A stretch of DNA of 64,000 bases from Bacillota bacterium (GCA_023454175.1 JAEXRW010000028.1:2200-66199); one strand, 5' to 3'. Positions 49,923-60,167 are shown, numbered from the stretch's first letter. The notes: generated from the sequence alone by a model not told the origin. A program made the numbers and translations.

Positions 49923-50738
49923 ATGGGATCCGAAGTCAGTAAGCTAAACGAACATGTAAAAGGGATTGCGCTGGCCGCATATAACAAGGCCGATTACCAG
50001 ACCGCTTTCTCATTGTATGAAACTGCCGCAAACGAGGGCAACGACACCGAGGCCATGTACAATCTCGGCATCATGTGCGCGACCGGACGCGGTACGAAGC
50101 AAGATTATCTGAAGGCGCTGGAGTGGTTTACAAAGGCGCTCGGCGCCGGGGACACACAATCTGAAAAAATGTTGGATAAAGTCTCATGGGACTACTTCAA
50201 CAGCAACCTTAACAGCTGGACCGCGGAACAGGCCTTTGAAGCAGCCGCGACGATCACGCGTATACGGTATGGCAGCGGGGATATTTCGAAAGCCAAGGAC
50301 CTTCTCGAAGGCATCGGCGGCAATCTCATCCAGGGGCACAACGACTATCCCCGCGGCGCGAAGTGCTTCCGCGCGATGGCACAATATGGGGATTCGGACC
50401 CGGCGCAATTCAATATGGGCCTATTTTGTCTGAACGGCCAGGGAGTAGACGAGAATTCACTGGCGGCGCTGTATTGGTTTGGCAGGTCTTCCATCAAAGG
50501 AAACGTGCCCGCAAAAGAAAAACGAAACTGGCTGATGAACGAATACATCCGGCAGCTCGATTTTCCCGGCGCTATGGGACAAATGAATATTCTTGTGCGC
50601 AAATGCCGGGATGGCGCCGACGATATCCCCAAAGATAGTGACAGCTTTACCCTGTGGCAGAGCGTACTTACGAAGCTGACAATGCTGAACCAAATGGGAA
50701 AAATGCAAGGCGATTTCAGCTCTGTCTTGTTTGGGTAA
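49923..50738 (+). CDS. Sel1-like (TPR-like) repeat protein, cytoplasmic
   Basis: Repeats of the A.YNLG.....G.GV..D...A..WF..A form. Excellent RBS GGGGGAGGGGG. No signal peptide. Confidence 0.6.
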   Translation: MGSEVSKLNEHVKGIALAAYNKADYQTAFSLYETAANEGNDTEAMYNLGIMCATGRGTKQDYLKALEWFTKALGAGDTQSEKMLDKVSWDYFNSNLNSWTAEQAFEAAATITRIRYGSGDISKAKDLLEGIGGNLIQGHNDYPRGAKCFRAMAQYGDSDPAQFNMGLFCLNGQGVDENSLAALYWFGRSSIKGNVPAKEKRNWLMNEYIRQLDFPGAMGQMNILVRKCRDGADDIPKDSDSFTLWQSVLTKLTMLNQMGKMQGDFSSVLFG

Positions 50739-50798
50739 TATGCTTGGCAACCCGTCAACAGTTCAAAGAAACAGATCTATAAAGAAAGGGAAACCGGT

Positions 50799-51113
50799 AT
50801 GATCGAACTGAAGATAGCAATCGATGAAGTGGACTATGCAAACGTCCTGGAGAAAGCCATGCCCGAGATCCTGCCCAAGCTGGCAAAAAACAAGGGGGAG
50901 ATGGTACAGAAGATACTCCAGAGCCTGAACGGCAAACCCGGCGAGCTGGCAATAAAGGCGCTGAAATACCTGCCCAGGTCCATCCAGGACGAGATCGCCG
51001 TAAACCTGCTGTCCAACTACAAGACCAAGATCATTGACGCGCTCCATAAGCTCGCGGAAGAGCAGAATATCTCCATAACCATTTCCGATATTTCCGTGGA
51101 ATTGAAATCCTGA
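50799..51113 (+). CDS. small hypothetical protein (104 aa)
   Basis: ORF with moderate RBS and an acidic/helical sequence. No match recognised. Confidence 0.4.
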   Translation: MIELKIAIDEVDYANVLEKAMPEILPKLAKNKGEMVQKILQSLNGKPGELAIKALKYLPRSIQDEIAVNLLSNYKTKIIDALHKLAEEQNISITISDISVELKS

Positions 51114-51311
51114 GCGGCTGGGAAACACACAGGTCTAAATCAGATGATCTATGCCCCATAGAAACTCCATTTGATATTATTTTCGGAATGCTCGTATTTG
51201 CATACTGTTCAGGATAGCCCGAGAACGCATCATCATGTTCATCGTCAGACCGGAAAGGGTGGCACAAGACGGCCACCCTTTCATTTACACGACAGCCCTG
51301 CCGCTGGCTTA

Positions 51312-51731
51312 TCATTCTACGTCAAATGATTCATTGTGGAGGCCGTGGTAGTAGTTGCCTTTGCGGGCGGTGAATTTCAGGACGCTGTAGTCTTCGTCAT
51401 CGACGCCTTTGGGGTAGTACATCTCAAAGCCTTCGCGCATGAGGCGCTTTTTCAAATCCATATCCGTGGTGACCTCCATCTCGCCCGTGAGGAGGAGGCC
51501 TTTATAATCGCTTTGGTCACAGTAGTAAACGCAGGCTTTGGGGTTTTCCCGGAACCGCTGCGTCCTTTGGGCAGCGGTATTGGTGGAGAAATAGTGCACC
51601 TTCAGCCCGTCGTGCTCGAGGGCAAGCATGGCCTTGGTGGCGGGAAAGCCTTCCGGGTCGACGCAGGATACGAACGCGACCTTCGCGTTTTCCACCAGGT
51701 CATCCATCACTTTTTTCACTGACACGTCCAT
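51312..51731 (-). CDS. pyridoxamine 5'-phosphate oxidase-like FMN-binding split-barrel protein
   Basis: 139 aa. Layout AFVSCVDPEGFP..KAM...DG.KVYFST resembles the general stress protein 26/PNPOx-like family. Confidence 0.55.
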   Translation of the reverse strand: MDVSVKKVMDDLVENAKVAFVSCVDPEGFPATKAMLALEHDGLKVHYFSTNTAAQRTQRFRENPKACVYYCDQSDYKGLLLTGEMEVTTDMDLKKRLMREGFEMYYPKGVDDEDYSVLKFTARKGNYYHGLHNESFDVE

Positions 51732-51736
51732 TTCAA

Positions 51737-52114
51737 TTATTCACTCTCCTTCAAATTCTGCAGCACCCTTTGCAGATACGATTCAAACCGGATGATCTCA
51801 TCACCTGAAAACCCTTTGTAAAACTTTTCGGTCATCTCCCTGGATACCGCCTCGTAGCGGCTGTTCAAGCTCCTAGCCTCCGGGGTGAGCGTGATAAAGA
51901 CGCTGCGCCTGTCCCCACGATCGTAATTCCTTCGGACATGGCCCTGCCTCTCCAGCCTATCCAGCATGGAGGTGAGCGTGGTCTTGGCAAGGCCGGTCTT
52001 TTTCGCAAGCTCCACGATGGGGAGACCGTCCTGCTGCCAGAGGACATAGAGGATGCGGCCCTGCGCGCTATTGAACGCTTCGATCCCCTGCGCTTTCAGC
52101 AGCCTTTCAAACAC
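51737..52114 (-). CDS. MarR family transcriptional regulator
   Basis: Winged HTH (LNSAQGRILYVLWQQDGLPIVELAKKTGLAKTTLTSMLDRLERQGHVRR). Forms an operon with the downstream PNPOx-like gene. Confidence 0.75.
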   Translation of the reverse strand: MFERLLKAQGIEAFNSAQGRILYVLWQQDGLPIVELAKKTGLAKTTLTSMLDRLERQGHVRRNYDRGDRRSVFITLTPEARSLNSRYEAVSREMTEKFYKGFSGDEIIRFESYLQRVLQNLKESE

Positions 52115-52249
52115 GCGGTCCTGGATCTGCTTGATCTGGGAAACCAGGAAACCGCCCTGAACGTTTTCGATAAAACCACTTCCTTCACACCATATAGTAT
52201 AGTACTATATAGTACTAAAGTCAAGGAGAAATTTTGCAGCAGGCTGTGG

Positions 52250-52520
52250 GCGGTACAGAAAAACCCCTCCGCATGCAACCCTCCGGATTGTTTGCAGCTC
52301 ATCCTATAAACGGGTGCATCGCATCCGTTCTGGAGCGCCAAACGGATGGGAGGTATGCGACCCTGACAGGTGGGTTTGGGTGATCCTACAGGCAACGGTA
52401 AATCACGTTCAGCCGGATACCGGAGCGGGAGGCTGAAGCGGCCTTAGCAATGTGCAATGGCTCAAGGCATAGCTGGTGGCGAACAGACCGGGCCGCCGAA
52501 GGACGGCGGCCCCTACGGTA
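52250..52520 (+). repeat. mosaic repeat region containing GCAGCTCATCCTATAAACGGGTGCATCGCATCCGTTCTGGAGCGCC module
   Basis: About 45-nt near-identity with 58596-58640 (GCAGCTCACCCTATAAACGGGTGCATCGCCCGTTCTGGGGCGCC). Confidence 0.55.
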
Positions 52521-52699
52521 TCCTTCCAGTTCTGACGGACATGGAACACCGTTCAAACTATCAAAACGAAAGCCAGGACGGGAGGATCACCTCTCCGACC
52601 GATATGGATAACGTATGGGCTATTGCAGGCAATAAAAAGAATGTGCCAGCAAGCTGAAAGCTTTCCACAGTGTGCGGCAACTATCTGCACTGGTTACAA

Positions 52700-53212
52700 T
52701 CATTCCAAACCGTCGTATTTATCGGCGTCATATTTCAAAAGGACACGCGTGAGGTGCTCGGTATGGCCTTTTTCCTCGTCGGCAATGGACTGCAGGGTCT
52801 GGCGGATATCCCTCTGGGAGATGAGCTGGACCTGGTGCTCGTAGAGGATGACGGCTTCGAGCTCACCCTTTATATCCTCCCGGATATTGTTCAAAATGAT
52901 CTGCCGGTCATAAGCAGGGCGGTAGAGCTGCATGGGCGAGCGGGGGGTGGGTTTTACCTGCCGGTGCTGCAGGCAGGCGGCATATTCGGCGGGGTCGTAT
53001 TTTCGCAGGAGCGTGAGGAACATGCCGTAGTGCTTTTTTTCATCCTCCATGATGGACTGCCAGGCGGCGTTGACATCGGGCATGTCAGAATCAGCGATAT
53101 GCTCCTGATAGCCGTTGATGGCGATGAGCTCGGCGATGAGCGACTCCCGCAGCAGGTTGGACGGCGTGCGGGCGGCGCCCTGCGGCTGGCCAAGCGGATG
53201 GGTATAACTCAT
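52700..53212 (-). CDS. ferritin-like (rubrerythrin-type, two-repeat) domain protein
   Basis: Two ~55-aa repeats, each with E...E(D)EKKH / EEKGH diiron-like motifs: EDEKKHYGMFLTLLRKYDP and DEEKGHTEHLTRVLLKYDA. Confidence 0.5.
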   Translation of the reverse strand: MSYTHPLGQPQGAARTPSNLLRESLIAELIAINGYQEHIADSDMPDVNAAWQSIMEDEKKHYGMFLTLLRKYDPAEYAACLQHRQVKPTPRSPMQLYRPAYDRQIILNNIREDIKGELEAVILYEHQVQLISQRDIRQTLQSIADEEKGHTEHLTRVLLKYDADKYDGLE

Positions 53213-53529
53213 GATACATCCCCCCAGAGACCTAAGGAAACACTGATTAATTCGTACGATATCTTTGCGGTTAATTTGTCGCCTGCCTATGTCGCTAAAA
53301 ACTCCAAAATAGCGCTGCTATTCCTTCGTTTTTGTTCCTTTGGCATAAGCGCACGGCGCACGCAAATTTCCTCGCAAATCTGATCGCCCTCATTTAATCA
53401 GCGCTTCTAAAACTCCATCTACCAAAGTATTCAGGAAACACCGGGAGTGTGCCCACCAGAAGGCAGAAAAACCGGGGCCTCTTCAACCGGAAGAGACCCC
53501 GGGTGCGGGCATTTCATGCGATGCATGCA

Positions 53530-54000
53530 TCAGCATTCAAAGAATTCCCCTCTGCGTATCCCATAGTTTCTCCAGATGAAATCATCGGCGGCGGCCAACG
53601 AGTAGAAGGGCCCCGATACATAGCTGCACCCGGAGCTCCCGCTATAATCCACGGTGTAGTAACAGAGCCACCGCGACGAGTACTGGTCAAACTGCCGGCA
53701 CAGATAGACATACAAAGCACGCCGGGAGGGACCGGGCACGATGGGCACGATGGGGAATATCGGGAAGATCGGCCGTGGGAACGGACGTATCGGACGTATC
53801 GGGCGTATCGGTCGTATCGGACGAATAGGACCAGGGCCAGGACGAGGACCAGGGCCAGGACGAGGGCCGGGACCAGGACGAGGGCCGGGACCAGGACGGG
53901 GGCCAGGACCGGGGCGAAAACCGGGACCGGGACGACGCTGTGCGATATCCCCGGGCAACCCATCATCATTACCGGGCGTCCAGTCATTATTATCAGGCAT
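53530..54000 (-). CDS. proline-rich tandem-repeat protein with Cys/Tyr-rich C-terminus
   Basis: RBS GGAGG 7 nt before ATG. Repeats (RPGPGP)x5 and (IRP)x5 then (FP/IVP), followed by LYVYLCRQFDQYSSRWLCYYTVDYSGSSGCSYVSGPFY. The opposite-strand ORF 53741..54004 has no RBS. Confidence 0.5.
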   Translation of the reverse strand: MPDNNDWTPGNDDGLPGDIAQRRPGPGFRPGPGPRPGPGPRPGPGPRPGPGPRPGPGPIRPIRPIRPIRPIRPFPRPIFPIFPIVPIVPGPSRRALYVYLCRQFDQYSSRWLCYYTVDYSGSSGCSYVSGPFYSLAAADDFIWRNYGIRRGEFFEC

Positions 54001-54213
54001 ATGAAAACCTCCATTGCAATCATCTATATGTTATAGTATGCGGCAGCCCCCAAAGTGGCACTACGCATGAATGCCCTTACCTATCACACCCCCTGCTCAT
54101 GACAGACAGTGCAATGCAAGCATGAAGGAAATAATGAAGCACACAGAATTGCCGGATAAGTATAAAAGTGGTAAAATATATGCGGATCATAAACCACTGT
54201 ACGGAGGGCCCTT

Positions 54214-56856
54214 ATGAAAAATCATTCATATAAAGTCCTTTCAGCAGCGCTATGCCTTTTCCTGGTATTCAATATCGGACTCCCGGTGGCATTTGCAGCG
54301 GACACTCCCTGCACCGGCTGCACCATAACAGACCCGAGCGTGGAGGAACCATTTACCAAGGGAAGCGGGACGGCTGACGACCCCTGGCAGATCGAAAACA
54401 TCAAGCAGCTCAACCATATGGAGCAGCATCAGCAAGGATATTTCATCCAAATGAATGACCTGGACTTCGCTGATGCAGACCTGAATAAAGACAAACCCGG
54501 AAATTTTGACCCGATCAGCGCGGTGAGCGGATACGACGGGAACGGGAAAAAGATAAAAGGATTGGTCATCGATGCAGGTGAGAATCAGTATGGTGCTTTG
54601 TTTGGTTTCGTACAAGATATCGTAAAGGATCTAACACTTGAAGGCGGGACGATATGCGGAGGAGGATTCGAGAGCCGTATTGGCGGGATAGCAGGGGAAA
54701 ACGGAGGAACTATTGAAGGATGTATAAATAAAAACGATATTGCGTCCAAAGCAGGAAAGTCATATGCATGCGTTGGTGGAATTGCAGGATATAATGACAG
54801 ATTTGGCAAGATCCAATCATGCGAAAATTACGGTGAAATAGAAGGAAAGGAGAATAATTTTATCGCAGGTATTGCAGGGAACAACACAGGAAGAATAGAC
54901 AATTGTACGAATTTTGCGAATATCGGAGACATAAATACCAATACATCGGCTGCAGGCATAGCAGGGGAGAATTCAAAAGAAAACGGAGAGGATAAAGACG
55001 AGACACACGGTGTTATACAAAACTGTACAAATGAAGGTACCATCGAAGGTTACGTAGGCGTTGCCGGAATAACCGTTTTAAATTTTCATAAAGTATCTCA
55101 TTGTACGAATAATGGGAAGGTGGCAGCTGAATCAGGCGCTGCAGGTATAGTCACACAAAATTCAGGCCCTATTGAATATTGTACGAATACCGGAGAAATA
55201 ACCAGCGCAGATATCGGGGCAGCTGGAGTAGCCTCCTACAATGGTGGTGAATCAGCAATCCTTCAGTATTGCAGGAATCTAGGGAAAATAACCGGCGGAA
55301 AGCTAAATTCTGGAGATTATCAACATGTTGGAGGGTTAGCAGGAGACAACGCAGGTATAATACATGATAGCTATAATGCAGGCGAGATTAACGGCCGATG
55401 CTTTGTAGGCGGTTTGGTAGAACTAAATAGAGGCCTTCTAGAGAATTGTTTTAATATCGGCAATATCACGCTAGGCAGCGGGATAGCTGATATGAATTAC
55501 GATACGATCAAATACTGTTACAATACCGGACATGTAAGCCATGGCGGGATAGCCGGTCACAACTTTGGCACTATCTCAAAATCGTACTACAAGCAGCAGA
55601 CCAACATACCCGGAGTCTATGAGCCGTGGGGGAACGCGGGCTACAACGCGGTCTCCCTGACGCAAGAGCTGATGAAACAAGTCCCGCCGTATGCGGGGTG
55701 GGACTTCAATACAATCTGGAGCCAGGCGGCCGACAAAAACAACGGTTATCCCATCCTGCGGGCTTTCCATGCAGGCATGGCGGAGAACGCCGACCTGTGG
55801 GAGCTGAAGGTGAACGGGGAAACCGTGAAGGGCTTCAGCCCTTCCACAACCGCCTATACGGTGTACCTGCCCTTTACGGCGTGGACGGCAGCGATAAACG
55901 CCACGCCTTTATACGGTAATTCAAAAATAACGGAAGGCGCAGGAACGTTCAGACTGAACGTGGGGGAAAACCTGATCCATGTGAGCGTAAGGGCAAAGAA
56001 CGGCAGCCAGAAAACATACAGCCTCACCCTAAACAGGTCCGAAGAGAAGATCCTGCCCGGGGTAAGCATCCAGGGCATACCGATAACCCCGGTATTCAAC
56101 GCAAATAAAACCCGGTACAGCGCACATGTACCGTATACGACGACGTCCGTGCTGCTACGCTATACGCCCCTGAAAAGCGGCGAGACTTCCAAGGGGACCG
56201 GCGTAAAAAGGCTGCATACAGGATACAACACCTATAACATAAAAGTGATACAAGCAAACAAGAAGAGCAGGACCTATCAAATAAAGATATACAGGGCCAA
56301 GCCTTCGAGCAACAACAAGCTGGCTTATGTGACGGTTAATGATAAGGACGCAACCCCGTATTACAATCCCAAACCATGGCCCGGGATCAAATATGGCGCC
56401 GACGCCAATACAAATGTAGCCACCGCAAGGATACGGGCAGGCGTGGCAGACCCCACGGCCACCATCCTGAGCGGAACCGGCGATTTCCCTTTAAAATATG
56501 GCTATAATTACTTCAAAATAGTCACCAAGGCCCAGAATGGATCCAAAAGGACATTCCACGTACGGGTCTTCAGGTATTATCCTGCGGGATATAATAACCT
56601 GAAAAGCATTTCGGTATCCAAAGGCTCCCTCACCCCCAACTTTTCCGGCGATAAACCATATTATACCCTGCAGTTAAACAAGGACACATCATCTGTACGC
56701 ATAACCGCTGCGAAAGCATATACCGGACCAAAGATGACCGGCGCACCGGTCACTGTCAGACTAAAGCCCGGGCAGAGAAAAGTCGTGAAAATAAAAGTAT
56801 CATCCGGAGCGGGATATATGATCTATACCATCACAGTAAAGCGGGCAAAAGCCTGA
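54214..56856 (+). CDS. cell-surface protein with GLUG-type repeats and cadherin-like C-terminal repeats
   Basis: RBS GGAGGG and a signal peptide. About 10 GGIAG..G.I..C.N.G repeats. C-terminal repeats are homologous to those of 13538..15991 and 19683..26240. Confidence 0.8.
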   Translation: MKNHSYKVLSAALCLFLVFNIGLPVAFAADTPCTGCTITDPSVEEPFTKGSGTADDPWQIENIKQLNHMEQHQQGYFIQMNDLDFADADLNKDKPGNFDPISAVSGYDGNGKKIKGLVIDAGENQYGALFGFVQDIVKDLTLEGGTICGGGFESRIGGIAGENGGTIEGCINKNDIASKAGKSYACVGGIAGYNDRFGKIQSCENYGEIEGKENNFIAGIAGNNTGRIDNCTNFANIGDINTNTSAAGIAGENSKENGEDKDETHGVIQNCTNEGTIEGYVGVAGITVLNFHKVSHCTNNGKVAAESGAAGIVTQNSGPIEYCTNTGEITSADIGAAGVASYNGGESAILQYCRNLGKITGGKLNSGDYQHVGGLAGDNAGIIHDSYNAGEINGRCFVGGLVELNRGLLENCFNIGNITLGSGIADMNYDTIKYCYNTGHVSHGGIAGHNFGTISKSYYKQQTNIPGVYEPWGNAGYNAVSLTQELMKQVPPYAGWDFNTIWSQAADKNNGYPILRAFHAGMAENADLWELKVNGETVKGFSPSTTAYTVYLPFTAWTAAINATPLYGNSKITEGAGTFRLNVGENLIHVSVRAKNGSQKTYSLTLNRSEEKILPGVSIQGIPITPVFNANKTRYSAHVPYTTTSVLLRYTPLKSGETSKGTGVKRLHTGYNTYNIKVIQANKKSRTYQIKIYRAKPSSNNKLAYVTVNDKDATPYYNPKPWPGIKYGADANTNVATARIRAGVADPTATILSGTGDFPLKYGYNYFKIVTKAQNGSKRTFHVRVFRYYPAGYNNLKSISVSKGSLTPNFSGDKPYYTLQLNKDTSSVRITAAKAYTGPKMTGAPVTVRLKPGQRKVVKIKVSSGAGYMIYTITVKRAKA

Positions 56857-56858
56857 AT

Positions 56859-56890
56859 AAAACGAGGAGGTTGATGCCTCCTCGTTTTTT
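56859..56890. terminator. bidirectional rho-independent terminator between surface-protein gene (+) and terminase small subunit gene (-)
   Basis: aaaacgaggaggttgatgcctcctcgtttttt. A-run on the 5' side and T-run on the 3' side. Confidence 0.8.
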
Positions 56891-57428
56891 ACCCGGATTG
56901 ACCTTCAGGCACGGGCATAGACGTGATGACATTGACGACGGAGGGGGCGCCCTGGCTCCGCCGCAGCTTTTCCTCCTCGATCCTCCGCTTCCAGGCATCG
57001 GGCAGAAGGTCAAAGAAACGCTCCAGCTTTTCCAGCGCGCGGAACCGGTCACAGAGCCGCAGCCGGGGGACGCCCTGCGCGTTCAAACCGAGCTCTTCGA
57101 TGATGCGGCCGTCCACCTTGTCCGAGGACAGGAGGCGGATGAAGGCGGCGCCTTCCCCGTCGGTGCCGAACTCCAGGAAATCCGTCATATCGGAAAAGGC
57201 CATGGCCTCGTACAGCTTCAGCACGTCCAGGCTTTCGCACCAGAGCTGCTGGCGCATCAATTCTTTCTGCTCATCCAGGTACGCCTTCACATAGGGCTTT
57301 TTCATCATCTCATAGACATAATTCCGCTTGTATCCGGCTCTTGCGGCCGCCGCCCTGACATTGAACGACTGGAGATAGTACAGGCAGAAGCGCGCCTGCT
57401 TTTCATTGATCGTTTGAACCGGCATCAC
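56889..57428 (-). CDS. phage terminase small subunit
   Basis: NEKQARFCLYYLQSFNVRAAAARAGYKRNYVYEMMKKPYVKAYLDE matches the HTH/Terminase_2-type N-terminus. Monocistronic and divergent from Ku. Confidence 0.6.
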   Translation of the reverse strand: MMPVQTINEKQARFCLYYLQSFNVRAAAARAGYKRNYVYEMMKKPYVKAYLDEQKELMRQQLWCESLDVLKLYEAMAFSDMTDFLEFGTDGEGAAFIRLLSSDKVDGRIIEELGLNAQGVPRLRLCDRFRALEKLERFFDLLPDAWKRRIEEEKLRRSQGAPSVVNVITSMPVPEGQSG

Positions 57429-57612
57429 CAAACCACCCTTTCACTGCCGGGAGTTCCGGCCGCACCATTTTACAACGGCCGCGCTTGCGGCAGCCTCCCG
57501 CATAAAAACCAACGTGCAGCCGGATGGATGCCTTTCAATTCGTTCATACCAACATAAAGTTCAATGCGCGCGCAGATGCTATGAACGAAATTCAATGATG
57601 GAGGAAATGCAT

Positions 57613-58434
57613 ATGCAGACGGTATGGAAGGGCGCGATCAGCTTCGGACTGATCAACGTGCCGGTGAAAATGGGGGCGGCCACGGCGCGGGAGAGCATCG
57701 CCTTCACCACGCTGCACCGGGAATGCAACACGCCGCTGAAGCAGAAACGCTGGTGCCCCAAATGCGAGCGGGAAGTGGCTTACGAGGAAGTCGCCAAGGG
57801 GTACGAATACGAGCCGGGGAAATTTGTCATCGTGACGGAGGAGGACCTGGAGTCGGTGCCCATCAAGAGCGCAAAATACATCGACATCGTGGATTTCATC
57901 CGGATGGAGGAGGTGGACCCCATTTATTACGACAAGACCTATTACCTGTGGCCCGAGACGGGCGGGGAGAAGCCGTACCTGATCCTGCGAAACGCGATGA
58001 AGCAGACGGGGCGGGTAGCGGTGGCCAAGGTGACCATCCGGGCAAAAGAGTACCTGTGCCTGGTGCGGCTGGTGGGGAATTCGCTGGCGCTGGAGACGAT
58101 GTTTTACCCGGCGGAGGTGCGCTCTGCAAGCGAACTGGGGATAGAACGGCTGGAAACATCCGTCGAGATACGCCCCGTGGAAATGGACATGGCGACGCAG
58201 CTGGTGGAAAACCTCACGGCAGCCTTCCAGCCCGAAAAATACAACGACCGGTACAGGGAAGAACTGCTCAAGCTCATCCGCGCCAAGGTGGAGGGGCGCG
58301 AGGTGGTGGAGGCGCCGGCGGTACCCGAAAAGGCGAATGTGCTGGACCTGATGGAGAAGCTGCGCAAGAGCGTGGAGATGACGAGCGGGAACAGGCCGGC
58401 AGCGCCGATGGGGCAAAACGCAGTTGGAAGTTGA
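57613..58434 (+). CDS. ku: Ku protein (NHEJ DNA end-binding)
   Basis: MQTVWKGAISFGLINVPVKMGAATARESIAFTTLH...YEPGKFVIVTEEDLESV is a canonical bacterial Ku N-terminus. RBS GGAGGAA. The stop TGA lies inside the first AGTTGAG heptad. Confidence 0.85.
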   Translation: MQTVWKGAISFGLINVPVKMGAATARESIAFTTLHRECNTPLKQKRWCPKCEREVAYEEVAKGYEYEPGKFVIVTEEDLESVPIKSAKYIDIVDFIRMEEVDPIYYDKTYYLWPETGGEKPYLILRNAMKQTGRVAVAKVTIRAKEYLCLVRLVGNSLALETMFYPAEVRSASELGIERLETSVEIRPVEMDMATQLVENLTAAFQPEKYNDRYREELLKLIRAKVEGREVVEAPAVPEKANVLDLMEKLRKSVEMTSGNRPAAPMGQNAVGS

Positions 58435-58790
58435 GAGTTGATAGTTGAAAGTTGAAAGTTGAAAGTTAAGGTTTGCCCTGCGGGGGAGATTGAATGGACC
58501 TGCAGGGGTTTTGAAAGTTGAGAGTTGAGGTGAGCACTGCGGGGAGATTCGACAGGCCTGTGGGGAAAACCTCTCAAGCCCCATGCGACTACTGATCGCT
58601 TGGCAGCTCACCCTATAAACGGGTGCATCGCCCGTTCTGGGGCGCCACGCGGTGCGGAGCCTTCGGGGATAATCCATGCGGGGTAATTGAAACTTGATCA
58701 TTCATTGCGAAATGCCTTCGGCATGAACCAAAATAGTTGACAGTTTATAGTTGAAGAGAGCCCTGCGGATGGTTTTAATCATCGAGAATG
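58423..58790 (+). repeat. largest mosaic intergenic repeat region (AGTTGAG/AGTTGAA heptads x6, two CCCTGCGGGGGAGATT hairpin units, CCATGCGAC module, CTCACCCTATAAACGGGTGCATCGCCCGTTCTGG module, second heptad block with TTGCGAAATGCCTTCGGCATGAACC)
   Basis: Begins inside the Ku stop codon. Confidence 0.7.
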
Positions 58791-58975
58791 GGAAACCGAG
58801 AAAGATATAAAAACACGGGTAAACCCGCAGATTATACTTAAAGTTAAACATTTACCGACAAATATATACTCGGTTTAATTTGAAGGTTTGAATCCTGATG
58901 GACATAGACGAAAATACTACCTGTGATATAATGGGGCATACAAGCAGCCATATTTTATTGATATAAAGGGGAAAT

Positions 58976-59599
58976 ATGAAAACAAGGCTCATCATCGTAC
59001 GGCACGGGGAGACGGAATACAATACGCAGAAAAAGTACCAGGGGCAGAGCGAATCCCCCCTCACAGAACGGGGAAGGGAGCAGGCGGGGTGCGCGGCGGA
59101 ACGGCTGCGCAACGAGAAGATCGATATCATCTACAGCAGCCCCCTGAGCAGGGCACTGGATACGGCGAAGATCATCCGGGGCCCCAAAAACATTGAGATC
59201 ACGACCGACCGGCGGCTGGCCGAGATCAAATGCGGGGAGTGGGAAGGCGTAGTCTTCGACGAACTGAAGGAGCGCTACCCGCAGGAGATGGATACGTGGC
59301 TGAACCGGCCGACGCTGCACCGGATGCCGGGCGGGGAAACGCTGGCGGATGTGAAGGCGCGGGCGGATGAACTCCTCGCTGAAATACTGCAGAAGCACGA
59401 AGGGGAAACGATACTGATCGTGACGCATGTGATCCTCGTGCTGCTGCTGATGATCCGGTTCGCAGGGGAGAATATCGAAGATATCTGGAGCACGCCGAAG
59501 CAACTGAACGCCTCCATCAACATCGTGGAGGTCGAAGGCGGGAAGGCGACTATCATAACACGGGCGGAGCAGCCGGCGCCATCCATCGTATGGGACTAA
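58976..59599 (+). CDS. histidine phosphatase family protein (phosphoglycerate mutase-like)
   Basis: LIIVRHGETEYN is the RHG motif. 207 aa. Confidence 0.75.
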   Translation: MKTRLIIVRHGETEYNTQKKYQGQSESPLTERGREQAGCAAERLRNEKIDIIYSSPLSRALDTAKIIRGPKNIEITTDRRLAEIKCGEWEGVVFDELKERYPQEMDTWLNRPTLHRMPGGETLADVKARADELLAEILQKHEGETILIVTHVILVLLLMIRFAGENIEDIWSTPKQLNASINIVEVEGGKATIITRAEQPAPSIVWD

Positions 59600-59604
59600 A
59601 CATC

Positions 59605-59708
59605 AATAATTAAGAATTAAGAATTAATAATTTTGGTAAGCCCTACGGGGGTAATTGAGAATTGCGGAAAGCCCTGCGGGGGAGATTATATGACCCGGCG
59701 GGAATGGT
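59605..59708 (+). repeat. mosaic intergenic repeat element (AATTAAG heptads x3, GCCCTACGGGGG hairpin, AATTGAG AATTGCGGAAAGCCCTGCGGGGGAGATT)
   Basis: Begins 5 nt after the histidine phosphatase stop. Confidence 0.65.
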
Positions 59709-59772
59709 AATTTCATAAAGAACACTGGATTAACACCAGTGTTTCCTATATTAATAACACCGGTATTCTACC

Positions 59773-59795
59773 GGTGTTATAGAAAGCGCCGTTTT
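59773..59795 (-). terminator. hairpin terminator downstream of the Cys-rich gene pair
   Basis: On the - strand gcgccgttcaaaaacggcgc is followed by tttctat. Two further perfect hairpins (aacactgg..ccagtgtt, aacaccgg..ccggtgtt) lie just downstream at 59717-59760. Confidence 0.5.
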
Positions 59796-59852
59796 TGAAC
59801 GGCGCTTTCATTGGGAGAGGCGCATTTTCAACTAAGGGGCAACGCGTACGCG

Positions 59853-60140
59853 TCACCAGAAACGGCGGCCGCACCTGGAAAAAAGCAAACATGTCAGAAT
59901 GGGGAGCAACTCGTCGCAGCAGCCACAGCGCGGGACACAGCACTCCCTTTCCCAGCAGAATTCCCTGCCGCCTCCGCAGCATCCATCCCTTCCAAATCCC
60001 GGGCCAAACCCCGGGCCGAAACCCGGGCCTATACCAGGACCTATACCCGGACCGAACCTGCGACCGTCAAATACCTCGCAGCCGCACTGCGGGCAGCAGA
60101 ACGGCCTGCATCCGCGGCCCCAGCCTCCCTCGAAACCCAT
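59853..60140 (-). CDS. small Cys/Gly-rich repeat protein, paralog B (95 aa)
   Basis: Start context GGAGGGatcgttATGGGTTTC. Sequence MGFEGGWGRGCRPFCCPQCGCEVF..GPGIGPGIGPGFGPGFGPGFG..GCCGGG..ECCVPRCGCC. A terminator hairpin (59773-59795) follows on the - strand. Confidence 0.45.
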   Translation of the reverse strand: MGFEGGWGRGCRPFCCPQCGCEVFDGRRFGPGIGPGIGPGFGPGFGPGFGRDGCCGGGREFCWERECCVPRCGCCDELLPILTCLLFSRCGRRFW

Positions 60141-60167
60141 AACGATCCCTCCTCATTTGCAGAGGCT

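Noticed and set aside
53741-54004. Gly/Arg-rich ORF on the + strand
   Set aside because: Mirror frame of the proline-rich - strand gene, which has the RBS.
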